Below are positions 62,553 to 64,000 of a stretch of 64,000 nucleotides of DNA, in pieces. The notes under the pieces were generated by a model. The model was not told the DNA's origin. It searched no databases and saw only the letters and a program-made list of their open reading frames with translations. The stretch's first letter is position 1. Each line of letters begins with the position of its first letter. The translations under genes were made by a program, and so were the position numbers. Origin of the DNA: Octopus sinensis (Eukaryota); the NCBI RefSeq assembly GCF_006345805.1, contig NC_043005.1, positions 26,040,001-26,104,000 of the forward strand, in the 5' to 3' direction.

Positions 62553-62555
<3 letters not shown>
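61690..62555 (-). mobile_element. R2/NeSL-type LINE C-terminal fragment interrupted by a hAT MITE
   Basis: WRWSTSWLSFLLQATYVVLPSPRNLLGWKIANDDNCRCGK, continuing ...WHGIWEVAAD beyond the MITE. Confidence 0.6.
61849..62187. mobile_element. hAT-type MITE
   Basis: Ends CAGGGTTTCTC / (rc) CAGTGGTTCTT; flanks GTTTAGAA / GTTCAGAG (6/8). Confidence 0.65.
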
Positions 62556-62609
<54 letters not shown>

Positions 62610-63269
62610 CATAAATACAAATAATTACATACATGCATACATCCACACACCAGCACACAAGCACACACACAAATATTTTTGTATTCTTATTCGTGTAACA
62701 TCGTCCGTTTTCCCGTCCTTCTTTTGTATACATTCGAGGCTTCTTCCAAGGAATCTAATGCGCTTGGCTTAGATTTTCCTTAGGGGCTGGCCAGGTCGGA
62801 GCATCTCAAGATTAATCAGCCGAAATTGCGAGGATGATCCGGTCTTGACTGAAGATTGAAGGCTTCGAATGTCCCGTCCGGTTTTTTGTATCGTCTTCTA
62901 ATGTTTTGCGTTCTTGTCCCAGTTTGTATTTTTTTACATATACATATGTGTATATATATATATATATATTATATATATATATATATACATATATATATAA
63001 TATATATATATATATATAATACATACATATATATATATATTGCATGCGTGAATATATATGTACGTGTATACACACACCCATACACTCACCATACACACAT
63101 TTATGCACGTATGCAGATACAGAATGTGTATGTATGAATGTTTATAAGTTATTATAGTTATAATGTGGAAGGTTTATGTACTTTAGTTAGAAGCAAAAAT
63201 AACACCACCATCACCATCCCCACCACCGCTACACCACACCACCACAACCGCTACTATTACCACAACTTT

Positions 63270-63520
63270 CCTGTCCAAGCTCCTGTAATGCCGATACGAA
63301 ATTCTCGACAACAAGGAGACAAGTCAATCAGATCGTATCTTTTGCTCCTTCAAGTAAAAGATGGCTGCCACTGTTATTTCGACAATATCTCTCTAATAGT
63401 TCTTTTACTCGTTAATGCATTTGCATTGATTCAAGACACAAGGAGAAGCGCATGCACATTAGCGTGCAGTATAACATCACCAATACTTTCTCCCTCTTCC
63501 TGAAATACCTGAAGCACCTC
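63270..63520 (+). mobile_element. Possible piggyBac transposase C-terminal remnant
   Basis: Frameshifted peptides GDKS/DQIVS..SSKRWLPLLF and LVNAFAL resemble GVD..DQ..KW..LF..NA of piggyBac DDD transposases. Confidence 0.3.
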
Positions 63521-63623
63521 AACATCAACGTTAGTAGAAGAACATCAAATAAACATGATCAAATAAACACATATATCGTTAGACTGAAACTGGTATATGT
63601 ATTATAGTATTTCATGTGAGTGT

Positions 63624-63712
<89 letters not shown>

Positions 63713-64000
63713 GTATATATATATATTATATATATAATTATATATATGTATGTATATATATAATATATATATAATATATATATAATATATATATATATAT
63801 ATTATATATATATTATACCGGAGTAAACACATAAACGTGAAACAAGGTGGAAAAAAGAGTACTCAAATACCATAGGTAGAGTAATATGCTTTATTTAAAA
63901 GCAGCAGAAATTCAACTGCTTTTAAATAAAGTATATATATATATATATACATACATATTTATACATATGTGTACGTAAACGTGTTAAACTCTGTGTGTGT

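Overview
Repeat-rich, AT-rich, gene-poor eukaryotic DNA. The SINE and microsatellite repertoire looks like an Octopus (coleoid cephalopod) genome; this is inferred from repeat style, not from a database search. I cannot support any intact protein-coding gene: the long ORFs are microsatellite read-throughs or decayed transposon fragments. The main functional content is a cluster of tRNA-Ser(AGA) sequences from 15.2 to 55.1 kb. It holds 13 full-length intact or near-intact genes, 2 full-length decayed copies, 1 copy lacking the variable arm and 3 relics. All are on the minus strand except the arm-less copy, which sits between a ~500-bp inverted duplication. Nine copies form a hierarchical 3x3 (A-B-C) tandem array at 44.7-55.3 kb. 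The second theme is minimal type I hammerhead-ribozyme (HHR) motifs in at least three non-coding repeat families. These are a tRNA-headed SINE-(AAT)n-HHR composite (4 tail copies, one carrying a tRNA-Ser gene inside its microsatellite), an A6U-variant family, and an apparently perfect 334-bp (TA)n-anchored palindrome with one HHR per strand. A decayed Penelope-like element (RT + GIY-YIG) represents the likely partner class. The window also contains hAT, Tc1/mariner, pogo-like, Merlin/MULE-like foldback and Helitron-like elements, LINE fragments (R2/R4-type, RTE, CR1-like), many tRNA-derived SINEs, a 4.4-kb A/C-rich satellite and a 100-N gap.
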